Notes: generated by a model from the sequence alone, not told the origin. DNA of 64,000 bases from an uncultured bacterium (GCA_963695335.1 OY968764.1:1088001-1152000); one strand, 5' to 3'; numbered from the stretch's first letter, positions 20,094 to 30,775 are shown. Numbers and translations: made by a program.

Positions 20094-20121
20094 TACTACG
20101 CTAAAGCTTCGTATGGCGCGG
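20091..20121 (+). repeat. Family B hairpin fused to the tRNA-His CCA
   Basis: CCAT ACTACG CTAAAG CTTCGT ATGG CGCGG followed by a second CCA. Confidence 0.85.
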
Positions 20122-20164
20122 CCAGCCTCTTAAAGGTTAATATTATATTTTAAAGAGCTTATCA

Positions 20165-20197
20165 CGCTCATCCTGAACTTGTTGAAGGATTAAGCGC
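20165..20197 (+). repeat. Family A single arm
   Basis: CGCTCATCCTGAACTTGTTGAAGGATTAAGCGC, identical to 2702-2734. Confidence 0.9.
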
Positions 20198-20277
20198 AAA
20201 AAGGCTGCATAATAAAACTTGCAGATCAACAAAAAAAGATATACATTATCTCTGTATTTAAAATCATTTGAAATATT

Positions 20278-20353
20278 CGGGGTGTGGCGCAATTGGTAGC
20301 GCACTCGCTTTGGGAGCGAGGGGTTGTCAGTTCGAGTCTGGCCACCCCGACCA
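20278..20353 (+). tRNA. tRNA-Pro (TGG)
   Basis: CGGGGTG/CACCCCG acceptor, CTCGC-TTTGGGA-GCGAG anticodon arm, CCA. Confidence 0.96.
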
Positions 20354-20374
20354 TTCTTTTAAAGGGAGAGATGT

Positions 20375-21307
20375 ATGAAATCTACTCATCGAATATTTTT
20401 TTTATTATCCATTTTACTTTCTTCAATAACACAAGCATCTATTTCCAGTAATCAACTCAAAACATGGCAAACAACATATCTCAGTGCTATGACGCCAGAA
20501 GAGTTACAACTCACCGCAAATTTTTTATATCTTTCATATGCTATTGCACTTGTTGAATCAAAAATACGACAATTCAACACTCCAATGACACATCTCAATC
20601 AATCTATCAGATTACATATCGCTAATTATGAAGATGCAACCAAGGAACTTGCATCACTCAAAACACTTTTAGATCGTCTTTCTATTGTTGCTGGCACACG
20701 TACTATTTATATGGAAACGTATAATATATGCCAAAAATATTTCAGTGAACATACAACACCAACTATTCAAGCCGCTTTAGAATATATTCAACAAAGTGCT
20801 CAAGTAGAGTTGCGCGCATGGGCAGATGAAAAAACAAGCACAACTGCTGATCAACTTAAAAAAGCAAGTGATGAAATACAGCAATCAGCTCAATATCTTG
20901 CAGCTATATCTGACACCTATAACGGCCTCAGCCAAGGAGATTTACCAGTCGAAATAGCACCAGAAAATGAAATCAATAAATCTCTTATTATGCTCAATCT
21001 TCTTTTAAGCAGCACTCCTCAATGTGTTACTGTTGCTGAAAACCTCGCCAGCGTATTTAATGAAACATCTGATGATGTATCACAAATTGTTACTGCAGGA
21101 GCAGAAATATATAAACAATATTATGCAATGATCCACTACATGATCATGTCACCAACATTTGATGAGAACTATACAACAACAATGTTTGGTATGCATGACA
21201 TATTGCCAGAAGAATATAAAACAGCATTGCCAAGCGCTCAAAACGTGTTTTCTCATATGTTAGAAACCACAAAATTATACACTCAATCAGAATTCGTACA
21301 ACAATAA
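20375..21307 (+). CDS. Hypothetical secreted helical protein
   Basis: Signal peptide ending TQA; GGGAG RBS. Confidence 0.8.
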   Translation: MKSTHRIFFLLSILLSSITQASISSNQLKTWQTTYLSAMTPEELQLTANFLYLSYAIALVESKIRQFNTPMTHLNQSIRLHIANYEDATKELASLKTLLDRLSIVAGTRTIYMETYNICQKYFSEHTTPTIQAALEYIQQSAQVELRAWADEKTSTTADQLKKASDEIQQSAQYLAAISDTYNGLSQGDLPVEIAPENEINKSLIMLNLLLSSTPQCVTVAENLASVFNETSDDVSQIVTAGAEIYKQYYAMIHYMIMSPTFDENYTTTMFGMHDILPEEYKTALPSAQNVFSHMLETTKLYTQSEFVQQ

Positions 21308-21322
21308 AAAAAAGGCTCTTTC

Positions 21323-21880
21323 ATGAACAGATATTTTAATTCATTCGCACTTACAGCTGCACTTCTTGCAACACAAACAACATCTTGCGTGCATACCCCT
21401 GTTGAATTTGCAAAATTAACATCCAAAATAACCAAAAATGCTGAACCTTGGTCACAAGATATTCAGGCATTGGATACAGAATTACAACTTGCATGGGCTA
21501 ACTTTTTTGCTTTTATTTTGGATGGAGAACCAAGCAAGGCTCTTATGAAATGTGCAGAATATATTGAATCACACGATGAAATGATTACATCTTCGCAAGA
21601 ATTGGCTTTTAGCACTATTCAAATTTTACAAGAATATAGTGAAAAAATTGAAGAAAAAATCAGCCGCAAAAAAAATATGACTGACGAGCAAGAAGAAACT
21701 TTACTACAAAAATTAGAAACAAAAATACAGGAACTAATCACATATATTAATGCAATCTATTATGAGCATGTATACAATAACCTTGTCACAAAAAGTTCTG
21801 CAACTCCTGCATTCATGTTTGATGACAATGGTGTAATACCTCAAGAAAAACGCACACGCGCTTTACCAAAACCTGAATAA
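21323..21880 (+). CDS. Hypothetical secreted protein or lipoprotein
   Basis: Signal-like N-terminus (..TTSC); co-oriented with the previous gene. Confidence 0.75.
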   Translation: MNRYFNSFALTAALLATQTTSCVHTPVEFAKLTSKITKNAEPWSQDIQALDTELQLAWANFFAFILDGEPSKALMKCAEYIESHDEMITSSQELAFSTIQILQEYSEKIEEKISRKKNMTDEQEETLLQKLETKIQELITYINAIYYEHVYNNLVTKSSATPAFMFDDNGVIPQEKRTRALPKPE

Positions 21881-21903
21881 AATTACATAATATTGTTGAT
21901 ATT

Positions 21904-21936
21904 AAAAACTCGCGTACAAACTACGCGAGTTTTTTT
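21904..21936 (+). terminator. Intrinsic terminator
   Basis: AAAAACTCGCGTA-CAAAC-TACGCGAGTTTTTTT. Confidence 0.85.
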
Positions 21937-21995
21937 GTTGTCTTTTTTACCCGTCTTTTTTTATCCTAAAGCAACCTGATAATTCATTGACTTTT

Positions 21996-22123
21996 TCCGC
22001 TCGTCCTGAGTGTTTTTGTCTTCAAAAATGTATCGAAGGATGCAACATAACAATAACTTCTAATTTTGCACCCTTCGATACATTCTACTGCGTTACACTT
22101 CGTAGAACACTCAGGGCGAGCGG
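21996..22123. repeat. Family D inverted pair
   Basis: TCCGCTCGTCCTGAGTGTTT..ATCGAAGGATGC...GCACCCTTCGATAC..ACTCAGGGCGAGCGG. Confidence 0.9.
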
Positions 22124-22194
22124 CGTGAAATCAAAAATCATGGTCATACAAAAAAGTAAATATTTATAACCTTCTTCACAACGAAAGAATCCCA

Positions 22195-22473
22195 ATGAAA
22201 ATAAGTGCCCCAAGCCTTGGACTCGCTGCAGCAATAACCATGTGCGCAATGTATTCATGTTTTGCTCTTGTTCTCAAATTTTGGCCATCACAAACACTCA
22301 AATTTGTTGGCACCATTCACATGCTACCAAAACTTGATTACATCAAATCTTTTATTAAAGTTACTCCAGAAGCAATTCTTATGGGAATCGCAACTCATAC
22401 AGCAATCGCTTTTTTTGTATTTTTCTTTATTGCTTTGGTCTATAATCTCATTCAAAGATTATTTGCAAAATAA
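22195..22473 (+). CDS. Small two-TM membrane protein (DUF5676-like)
   Basis: Two hydrophobic segments, H-containing loop, C-terminal LVYN. Confidence 0.65.
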   Translation: MKISAPSLGLAAAITMCAMYSCFALVLKFWPSQTLKFVGTIHMLPKLDYIKSFIKVTPEAILMGIATHTAIAFFVFFFIALVYNLIQRLFAK

Positions 22474-22568
22474 CTTATTTAAGCATCAAAATATCATAAC
22501 CATGATATACTAATCTATCCTCCTCCACTCAAACTCTGGAGGATAGTTTTTTTAGTAAGGGAAATTTT

Positions 22569-23666
22569 GTGGGCATCAAATACAGTTCAACACTGCGCTC
22601 TTTTGATTTTGTAACATTCATTTTTATGCTTATCATTGCAGCATGTGGACTACTCTTTATTTTCAGCGCAACATACACCAGTGAACAACCTTTCTCTTAT
22701 TTTTTTATTAAACAGTGCATTGGTATTTGCAGTGGCATCATCATCTATTTTTTATGTCTACTTCCTGATTATCGCACCATCATGCGCTGGGGATCGGTTG
22801 CATACTTCAGCGTTATTGCCCTTTTACTATTTACGCTTGTTAAAGGCAGTATCGGCATGGGAGCAAAACGTTGGATTAATTTATTCTTTTTTAAACTCCA
22901 ACCATCTGAATTAATAAAATTATTGTTTCCTGCATACATGGTGAATCACTTACATATGCAAAAAAAAACCATCATTCACTCATTCAGCACTTTTACACCG
23001 CTCCTTATTATGCTTGGCATCAGCTTTGTTCTTATTTTAAAACAACCAGATTTAGGAACTGCGCTCATTGTTCTTTTTTCCGGACTTATTCTATGTTGGC
23101 TTGCAGGATTACATAAAAAATTTTTTATGTATGGATTTTTAATCACACTCATCATGGCACCAGTGATATGGTCATTTGTGTTACGTGATTATCAAAAAAA
23201 TCGCATCATTGTTTTTCTGGGACAAGGTGATCAAAAAAAAGAAGGGTACCAAATTGAACAAGCGAGTATCGCAATTGGCTCAGGAGGATTGTTTGGCAAA
23301 GGGCTATTTAATGGAACACAAAACAGATTGCGATTTCTACCAGAAAGCAGAACAGACTGCATCTTTGCAGTCTGCTGTGAAGAAATAGGTTTGCTTGGCG
23401 CATTGGCTATCATTGCCTGCTACTTATTACTCTTTTTACGATCATTTTTTTTAATCGGAACGTTAAAAGATATCTATGCACAACTTTTTGCAACGGGGCT
23501 TATTTTGCACATTCTTTTGGCAACCATCATTAATATCAGTATGGTATTGGGCATGATGCCTGTTGTGGGCATTCCACTCCCACTCATAAGTTATGGATTG
23601 TGCAATTTATGGATTACCATTGCAAGCCTTGGGATATTCCAAAACATTATCATGCATTGCAGATAA
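22569..23666 (+). CDS. rodA: Rod shape-determining protein RodA (SEDS family)
   Basis: GAKRWI, QPSELIK, KQPDLGTA, GYQIEQ..AIGSGG, LPESRTD, VGIPLPLISYG. Confidence 0.93.
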   Translation: MGIKYSSTLRSFDFVTFIFMLIIAACGLLFIFSATYTSEQPFSYFFIKQCIGICSGIIIYFLCLLPDYRTIMRWGSVAYFSVIALLLFTLVKGSIGMGAKRWINLFFFKLQPSELIKLLFPAYMVNHLHMQKKTIIHSFSTFTPLLIMLGISFVLILKQPDLGTALIVLFSGLILCWLAGLHKKFFMYGFLITLIMAPVIWSFVLRDYQKNRIIVFLGQGDQKKEGYQIEQASIAIGSGGLFGKGLFNGTQNRLRFLPESRTDCIFAVCCEEIGLLGALAIIACYLLLFLRSFFLIGTLKDIYAQLFATGLILHILLATIINISMVLGMMPVVGIPLPLISYGLCNLWITIASLGIFQNIIMHCR

Positions 23667-23674
23667 ACAAATAT

Positions 23675-24871
23675 TTACCGATAATAAGACTCAAGCACAT
23701 CAGGATATATTGTAAGTATTTGTGGTGCAATGTTTTTATCACACTCACAATATAATCGTAGTAAATTCTTATCTTTTTCATCCAAAGCCTCTTGCACATC
23801 TTGATCCGTCACAGAAAACGTTTTTGTCAAAAACAATGCCTTCATCGCAGCATCAATTGTGTATACTTCTTCAATAACATTTTCTCGTGTTTTGCATGTA
23901 TAAATAACAGCCCTACGACATCGCAAATCAGTTACACGTATCCTTCTGAAAGATTTTGCCAAATCAAAAGCTTCACGTGCTCCTTTAACCGCACCACATT
24001 CTAAAAGAAAAATACCAGATTTCCACTGTTCCCTATCTGCAGCAATAAATAGTGGGTACTTTTCCCCAAAACAATCCGTAACCAAGTTATTGAAATCAAT
24101 ACCACGTTCAGAAAATATTTTTAAAATAGCATTTTTGCCACAGCGTACGGCTCGCGCTACCGAAGAAATACCATCTCTTGGTTTATCAATGACAACTCCA
24201 CGATTCAACAACATTCTAACTATTTCTTCATTTCCATGTTCAATCGCCATATTCAATAATGTTGCTCCATAACCTTGAACATCTGCACCATGTGTAAATA
24301 ATAAAGAAACCACAATTGTCAGGTTTTGCGCAACAGCATTAGAAAGAGGGAACAATAATGGACAGTCTATAAATCCAACCGTACACCAAAGCCTTCCTGT
24401 CTTTCTATAACGCACATCTGCACCATTTTTAATCCATGTTTTAATGGCATCCATATTCAAATTATATACTCGCACGTTAAGTAATTCTTCACTTAACATT
24501 TTATACTGTCTTGCGCCATGAGTCCGCAGCCTTTTTACAAAATCTGCTTCATAGACCCCGCATTTTCCACCAACATGTTTATCAAAACCATATCTCATAA
24601 ATTTTCTGGTGAAAATAGGGCAGTTGCATACTTTATTGCATTGTTTATTTACATAGGATAATGCCGAAACAAACTTCAATGATTCTGGTAAAGACAATGT
24701 ATTAAAAAACGAAAAATCTTGATGCGCTACAATTTCCAGTAGCATCGATGTATTGTTGCAAACGTGATTGCTCTGAACAATCTCACGCTCCATGCTATAA
24801 CTATTGCATGCAAACATGATACAACTGATAATCAAACAGAAACGATGTATATACTTGAAAGATATAACCAT
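23675..24871 (-). CDS. Secreted ankyrin-repeat protein
   Basis: Signal ending SYS-ME; GATLLNMAIEHGNEEIVRMLLNRG and neighbouring ANK-like repeats. Confidence 0.85.
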   Translation of the reverse strand: MVISFKYIHRFCLIISCIMFACNSYSMEREIVQSNHVCNNTSMLLEIVAHQDFSFFNTLSLPESLKFVSALSYVNKQCNKVCNCPIFTRKFMRYGFDKHVGGKCGVYEADFVKRLRTHGARQYKMLSEELLNVRVYNLNMDAIKTWIKNGADVRYRKTGRLWCTVGFIDCPLLFPLSNAVAQNLTIVVSLLFTHGADVQGYGATLLNMAIEHGNEEIVRMLLNRGVVIDKPRDGISSVARAVRCGKNAILKIFSERGIDFNNLVTDCFGEKYPLFIAADREQWKSGIFLLECGAVKGAREAFDLAKSFRRIRVTDLRCRRAVIYTCKTRENVIEEVYTIDAAMKALFLTKTFSVTDQDVQEALDEKDKNLLRLYCECDKNIAPQILTIYPDVLESYYR

Positions 24872-24967
24872 TGAAGCAACCCATCTTTAAAAATTTTTGT
24901 CTTACATTTGAAAATAAGTTAAGTTTACATTGAACAACAAATAAAAATAGCTTTTTTAAGGTATCTC

Positions 24968-25975
24968 ATGCAAAAAACACCACTCGTTCTTGATTTAGGC
25001 GAAACACCAGAAGAACGCTCCCATGATTTTTCTCCACAAACATTTGATGATTACATTGGACAAAAAGAACTTAAAGAAAAACTTTCTATTTACACACAAG
25101 CAGCAAAAATGCGAGAAGAACCCCTTGATCATCTTTTATTGTTTGGCCCTCCAGGGCTCGGCAAAACAACACTTTCTATGATCATGGCACAAGTCATGGA
25201 TGTAAATATTAAACTCTGCAGTGGTCCCATGATAGAACGCACGGGTGACCTGGTTGGTATATTATCAAGCTTACAACCACGCGATATTTTTTTTATTGAT
25301 GAAATTCACCGCATGCCCGCAAGTGTTGAAGAAGTGTTATACAGCGCCATGGAACAGTACCGTGTTGATGTTATTATTGGGCAAGGCGCTGGTGCAAAAT
25401 CAGTCAGTTTACCCATTCATCCATTTACACTTGTGGGGGCCACAACAAAAAGTGGTATCATCTCCGCACCATTGCGCAGCCGTTTTGGAATTATTGAACG
25501 TCTCGATTTTTATAATGATGAAGAGTTGCGTGATATTGTTTTGCAAAGTGCTCAATTTCTAAAACTTTCTATCACTCCAGATGCAGCACTCATGGTTGGT
25601 GCATGTTCACGCGGAACACCACGTATTGCAAAAAAAATTATTCGCCGCATACGGGATTTGGCGCAAGTACGCGGTGCAGATGTTGATAAACAGTTTGTTG
25701 AACAATCTCTCAAGTTCTTAGGCATTGATCATGATGGCCTGACTGCAGTTGATACCATGATTTTACAAAAAATCGTGTGCCATTTTAACGGTGGGCCCGT
25801 TGGCCTTGATACACTTGCATCACTTGTTGGTGAAGATGCTGATACTATTGAAATAGCATATGAGCCATATTTACTGCGCAAAGGTTATTTGGAAAAAACA
25901 TCTCGTGGAAGACAGATACCTGCAAATGTACTACCACAATTGATTAAGAGATTTGTTGGCCAGCAGACGATATAG
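24968..25975 (+). CDS. ruvB: Holliday junction helicase RuvB
   Basis: GPPGLGKTT, FIDEIHR, FTLVGATT, RGTPRIA, GGPVGL, EPYLL. Confidence 0.97.
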   Translation: MQKTPLVLDLGETPEERSHDFSPQTFDDYIGQKELKEKLSIYTQAAKMREEPLDHLLLFGPPGLGKTTLSMIMAQVMDVNIKLCSGPMIERTGDLVGILSSLQPRDIFFIDEIHRMPASVEEVLYSAMEQYRVDVIIGQGAGAKSVSLPIHPFTLVGATTKSGIISAPLRSRFGIIERLDFYNDEELRDIVLQSAQFLKLSITPDAALMVGACSRGTPRIAKKIIRRIRDLAQVRGADVDKQFVEQSLKFLGIDHDGLTAVDTMILQKIVCHFNGGPVGLDTLASLVGEDADTIEIAYEPYLLRKGYLEKTSRGRQIPANVLPQLIKRFVGQQTI

Positions 25976-26070
25976 TCCCTCTTGTTAGACAGATAATCAA
26001 ATTAGCAGTAAAATAAAAACATATCATACTTTATATTAGAAATCCTTATCAATTGCGGAGCGTAAACGCC

Positions 26071-26784
26071 ATGGCAGGTCATAGTAAATGGGCCAATATC
26101 AAGCACAAAAAAGCTAAAGAAGACGGTAAAAGAGCAAAAGTTTTCACAAAACTTATCAAAGAAATCACCATAGCTGCTCGCGAAGGCGGCGGTAATCCAG
26201 ACGGCAATCCACGCTTACGCCTTTTAATGGAAAAAGCACGTGAAGCAAACATGCCCATAGATAACACAATGCGGGCTATCAAAAAAGGAACTGGCGAACT
26301 TCCTGGCCAATCTTATGAAGAATGTATGTATGAAGGTTATGGGCCAAACGGAATTGCGGTAATGGTTGACGTTATTACAGACAATAAAAATCGTACTGTT
26401 GCTGAATTCCGTCGCTTATTTTCTGAAAACAGTGGTACACTCGGCGAAACCGGCACCGTTGGATGGATGTTTGAAAAACAAGGTGTAGTTAACGCAATCG
26501 GCAAAAAAACTGAAGATGAACTTTTAGAATTGCTCATTGATTATGATATCAAAGATATCCAAATTGATGATGAAAATATCACGATATATTGCGATATCAA
26601 GTCCCTTGAAGCAGTTAAAAGTGCAGTGGAAAAAGCTGGCTTAAAAATAGAAAATGCTGCGCTTGAATGGGTTGCAAAAAGTAGCGTTAGTTTACCTGAA
26701 GATAAAGCTGAAAAGGCACTTTCTTTTTTATCAACGCTCCAAGATCATGATGATGTGGAAAATGTGTACACTAATTTAGGTTAA
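26071..26784 (+). CDS. yebC: YebC/PmpR family protein
   Basis: MAGHSKWANIKHKK, YEGYGPNG, TDNKNRT, DDVENVYTN. Confidence 0.96.
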   Translation: MAGHSKWANIKHKKAKEDGKRAKVFTKLIKEITIAAREGGGNPDGNPRLRLLMEKAREANMPIDNTMRAIKKGTGELPGQSYEECMYEGYGPNGIAVMVDVITDNKNRTVAEFRRLFSENSGTLGETGTVGWMFEKQGVVNAIGKKTEDELLELLIDYDIKDIQIDDENITIYCDIKSLEAVKSAVEKAGLKIENAALEWVAKSSVSLPEDKAEKALSFLSTLQDHDDVENVYTNLG

Positions 26785-26822
26785 ATAAACATTTGTCCTA
26801 AAATTAAAGTTAATTATCCACC

Positions 26823-26998
26823 CCGCTCGCTTTAACCCCATCTTCAGCATCTTTCGATGGGGACCCCAATTGGAATGAAGTGAAAATTGGGGAATAAAGG
26901 GTGCAATGTAAAAAAGATTTTTTAGTTTTAATATTTTTCTTATTCCGCATCCTTCGATACATTTTTTTGAGAACAAAAAAACACTCAGGACGAGCGGA
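26823..26998. repeat. Family D pair whose left arm is interrupted by a family C double hairpin (~26833-26892)
   Basis: CCGCTCGC-TTTAACCCCATC..GATGGGGACCCCAATT..AATTGGGG-..AAGGGTGC ... GCATCCTTCGATAC..CAGGACGAGCGG. Confidence 0.85.
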
Positions 26999-27030
26999 GA
27001 AAAATAAAAAACATTTAAGGAAATTCCCCA

Positions 27031-27936
27031 ATGAAAAAATATATATTGTATAGCATGACAGGTTTTGCATCAAAAACATTTGTGATAACTGTACCATCAG
27101 GGGAACGCTCGACTGTTTCTGTGAGCTTAAAATCTCTCAATTCACGCTTTTTTGAAGCCTCTATTAAATTACCTCTTGGGCTCTCTCACTTAGAAACAGT
27201 ACTCCTCAAGCAGTTCAAAGAAACCTTACGCCGCGGACATCTTTATTTTACACTCTACGTAAGCAATCCTAATGTTTTTGAAGGTGGCATAACACCAGCG
27301 ATGAATGTTATTGATAGTTATATGACTGCAATGAATAACATCAAAACAAAATATCATTTGCCTGATGACATTAAACTCGACAATATACTCCGCCTCCCTA
27401 ATATTTTCTCCAAAGAAGACCAACCACTTGATGAAGCATCAACAGAACAAATTCTTGATGCAGTTACTGAAGTTGTTAATAAAGTTATAGAAGATAGAGC
27501 AGCAGAAGGTAGCAGATTAGCAATTGATCTTGATAAACGGATTAGCAATATAAAAACAGAGATGAAAACTATTTCTGAAAAAGCGCAGGTTGTTGTTGAA
27601 GAATGGAAAAAGAAAGTGCATGCAACAATTCAAGAGCTTGGTGCAGCTGATAATTTAATGGCTGATGCACAAAAAAGTGGTGTTTATTCTATGCTTGATA
27701 AACTTGATATTCATGAAGAAATTACACGTTTACACAGCCACTTAGACCAATTAATAAAAAACCTCAGCACTCAAGAGACTGAAAAAGGAAAACGTCTTGA
27801 TTTTACCCTCCAAGAATTAGGGCGTGAAATCAATACAATCGCATCCAAATGTTCTGATGCAACAATCAGTAGTCATGCAATCAACGTTAAAGTTGAAATT
27901 GAAAAAATACGTGAACAAATTCAAAATATAGTATAA
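27031..27936 (+). CDS. yicC: YicC family endoribonuclease
   Basis: SMTGF, KSLNSRF, DIHEEITRL, GKRLDFTLQELGREINT, EKIREQIQNI. Confidence 0.95.
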   Translation: MKKYILYSMTGFASKTFVITVPSGERSTVSVSLKSLNSRFFEASIKLPLGLSHLETVLLKQFKETLRRGHLYFTLYVSNPNVFEGGITPAMNVIDSYMTAMNNIKTKYHLPDDIKLDNILRLPNIFSKEDQPLDEASTEQILDAVTEVVNKVIEDRAAEGSRLAIDLDKRISNIKTEMKTISEKAQVVVEEWKKKVHATIQELGAADNLMADAQKSGVYSMLDKLDIHEEITRLHSHLDQLIKNLSTQETEKGKRLDFTLQELGREINTIASKCSDATISSHAINVKVEIEKIREQIQNIV

Positions 27937-27967
27937 ACACACAGTATAACAACCGGAATTTCCTACA

Positions 27968-28801
27968 ATGAAAAAAATTATTACAGTATTACTATATTGC
28001 CTATTGATGGTTGACACCACAATGCACGCAATGCTCTTTATACCAGAACCATCCGATGCTTCTACAACAATTCAACGTATTCCCACTATGTCATTAGAAC
28101 GCATAGGGTTATATATCGAAACTTTACCAATCAAAAAAGCTACTACTATCAAACAAAAACTATCTGATTCTTTTACATTTAACGTAGCTTTATTACCATC
28201 AGACATAAGAAAGCACATTGTATGGTATATGTTTAATGCAAATGAAAAAATAGCTGAGGAATATTATACAACACCACTTTTACATCTCTGCACAGAACTA
28301 AATAATGGCAGAAAAATTATATTAAATTCAAAACTACCCCTCAAAAAACAAGAAAAATTGGCAACGTTACTTGTTGGATTGCCTGCCACTCAAAAAACAA
28401 TTATCAATAATGTTATTAATCCATCTTTTGGCACACGGTTAGCCTATAGCGGCCCCGTTATCTCAGAGGATACATTGGCGACACTCGACACAACAACTGC
28501 CAATATTTTTTTTAAAAATCAAGACATTATCCAAGTACAAAAATTTGAGGAAGAAAACCCTTTATCTACTTATGTGTTTAACTGCTCGGCGCTAACACTT
28601 CTCTTATCTGCATGCTCTGCTGCTGGTATACACGCAATGCCATTCATAGCATGTTTCCTATTTAATCATTGCCCAGATCTATCACCAACATTTTCTGCTA
28701 CTTCCATGGCAACAAAGTTATCAGCTCTATGTTGGCTTGCTTTTATATCTACTACGATCAGAAAGAGAGACAGGGACAAAAAAATAGTTCTTCCAACATA
28801 G
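27968..28801 (+). CDS. Secreted/membrane protein with F-box-like motif; paralog of 30776..31636
   Basis: Signal, LLPSDIRKHIVWYM, C-terminal hydrophobic segments. Confidence 0.7.
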   Translation: MKKIITVLLYCLLMVDTTMHAMLFIPEPSDASTTIQRIPTMSLERIGLYIETLPIKKATTIKQKLSDSFTFNVALLPSDIRKHIVWYMFNANEKIAEEYYTTPLLHLCTELNNGRKIILNSKLPLKKQEKLATLLVGLPATQKTIINNVINPSFGTRLAYSGPVISEDTLATLDTTTANIFFKNQDIIQVQKFEEENPLSTYVFNCSALTLLLSACSAAGIHAMPFIACFLFNHCPDLSPTFSATSMATKLSALCWLAFISTTIRKRDRDKKIVLPT

Positions 28802-28856
28802 AAAACAACACAAAAACCGGTTAAATTAAGAACTTTTTCACCCATTTAAGGATATC

Positions 28857-30638
28857 ATGATTTTTTATAAGACTCAGAAGTTACTTCTCTTAGTGTATTG
28901 TCTATTCATCGCACCCATGCTATGTGCTGAAATCAACCGCGACTTAGAATTAGACACTCTTTTTTCCACAATCAATTACACGCATACTGTACAGGGCAGC
29001 AAAGCATTACAACAACTACTTGCGCACCCAACTGACAATGCAGAAACTTTACGCAACCGCCAAACTATTATTGCTCATCTTATTGAAGATCACAATCTTC
29101 ATACAAAACTCAATTCGTTATTACAAATATTGAGTACTCATGAACCTCATTTTGAGCACATGCTTCAGCAAGCAAGTGCCATTGAAACGGCAGCTCTTGA
29201 AGAATTTTATTTTTCACATCCCTCTTTCAAAGAATGGAACTATAGCCCTGCATGCCTTGAACTTGGTCAAGTTGCATATCTTGGCAATCTCTGTAGTTCA
29301 TTAGTTCAACATAGTCTTGCATATGCAGTTTTCACCCTAGGCCTTTCAGAAGAGCATACCTGCGCCGTTCATCCTTCCAAAAAACATGATCATCATCACG
29401 ATCACGGTCATGCTCATCACAATCATAAACATGATCATAATGATACATGCACCCATCATAGTCATCATGCCAATAACCAATTGTTGCAAAATCTTAAACT
29501 GTTTGCTCAATCACCACATGTTAGATATGCATTCCATGTATGGCATATCGTCGCTCAATTACAAGAGATTTACAGCATTCAAGCAATTGTTCGCAATCAT
29601 TGCAATTGTATTGTAGAAATACAAACGCAACTGATGGGCATTGCACATGGTATACGCGTACTAAAAAGCATCCATGAAGAGCTCAACAAATATCCTGAAA
29701 TTACAGCCCATTTGACGCATTATAAAGATCTTGAAAATGTATGTCTTTCAACAAACATTTCGCACAAACTACAAACCCTACTCACATTGCTTACAACAAA
29801 TACCTTTAAAGGAAAAGCTTCTCCATTTTCCCGCATTGGCGTTATTTTAGCGGCATACAAATTAATACAAGAGATTGGATACGAATTACATCCAGCCCTT
29901 AATGCTATTGGTGAAATTGATGCATATACTAGCTGTGCTCAACTGTTTAAAAACCATCAAAACAATCAATTAACATATAGTTTTGCACGATATATAACAA
30001 ACAGCACACATCCTCAACTGAGTGCCCATCATTTTTGGCATCCATTAGCTACAAGAGACTCCATTAAGCTCAATTCTCTTTCACTCGGTGCCTATGACGA
30101 ACCTCAGCACATAATCATAACAGGACCAAATGCATGCGGAAAATCAACAAGTTTAAAAACTATAACCTTGTGCGCATATCTTGCACAAACTATCACGCTT
30201 GTACCTGCGCAAGAATATAGTCAAACAGTCTACAAAGAGATCTACTCTTCTATGGTCGTATCTGATGATATTGTTAATAATAAATCTCTATTTGTTTGCG
30301 AACTTACCGATGCTGAAAATTTATTAGAAAAAGTTGAAAATCTAAAAACTGATGAATATATGCTCATCACTCTCGATGAGCTTTTCAAAAGCACTCACCA
30401 TGAAAAAGGCCAAGCAGTTGCACAACAATTATTGGAAAACCTCTATGCACATCCACAAGTAATTACATTGGTATCAACACATTTTGAACAATTAACTACG
30501 CTCTCGGACAAGCACAAAGATATCACTGTTAATTATACTATTGATGACTTCTTATTAAAACCAGGTGTTGGGTCTTCTCATAATTCTTTTGATATTATCA
30601 ACAAGCAAATAAAAAGCCGTTTAATTACATACGTATAA
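28857..30638 (+). CDS. MutS-related ATPase (domain V) with signal peptide and His-rich tract
   Basis: ITGPNACGKST, SLFVCE, LDELFKST, STHF; no mismatch-binding domain recognised; HDHHHDHGHAHHNHKHDH tract. Confidence 0.85.
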   Translation: MIFYKTQKLLLLVYCLFIAPMLCAEINRDLELDTLFSTINYTHTVQGSKALQQLLAHPTDNAETLRNRQTIIAHLIEDHNLHTKLNSLLQILSTHEPHFEHMLQQASAIETAALEEFYFSHPSFKEWNYSPACLELGQVAYLGNLCSSLVQHSLAYAVFTLGLSEEHTCAVHPSKKHDHHHDHGHAHHNHKHDHNDTCTHHSHHANNQLLQNLKLFAQSPHVRYAFHVWHIVAQLQEIYSIQAIVRNHCNCIVEIQTQLMGIAHGIRVLKSIHEELNKYPEITAHLTHYKDLENVCLSTNISHKLQTLLTLLTTNTFKGKASPFSRIGVILAAYKLIQEIGYELHPALNAIGEIDAYTSCAQLFKNHQNNQLTYSFARYITNSTHPQLSAHHFWHPLATRDSIKLNSLSLGAYDEPQHIIITGPNACGKSTSLKTITLCAYLAQTITLVPAQEYSQTVYKEIYSSMVVSDDIVNNKSLFVCELTDAENLLEKVENLKTDEYMLITLDELFKSTHHEKGQAVAQQLLENLYAHPQVITLVSTHFEQLTTLSDKHKDITVNYTIDDFLLKPGVGSSHNSFDIINKQIKSRLITYV

Positions 30639-30644
30639 AAACGC

Positions 30645-30711
30645 ATATATATTCAAATAAGACCGATCATAATAAAAATAATATTATGATCGGTCTTATT
30701 TGAATATATAT
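30645..30711. repeat. Perfect 30-bp inverted repeat with 7-nt loop
   Basis: ATATATATTCAAATAAGACCGATCATAATA / TATTATGATCGGTCTTATTTGAATATATAT. Confidence 0.9.
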
Positions 30712-30775
30712 TTTAACTCAACATTTTTTTCATTATCCCCTATTCTTAAATAAACAGAAAGGGAGAACTTCACCC

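Noticed and set aside
21987..22169. Short ORFs sharing peptides such as SARPECF..KCIEGC or ILRQAQDER (also 10713, 26776, 26810, 38627, 47960, 53215)
   Set aside because: These are translations of family A/D repeats, not a protein family.
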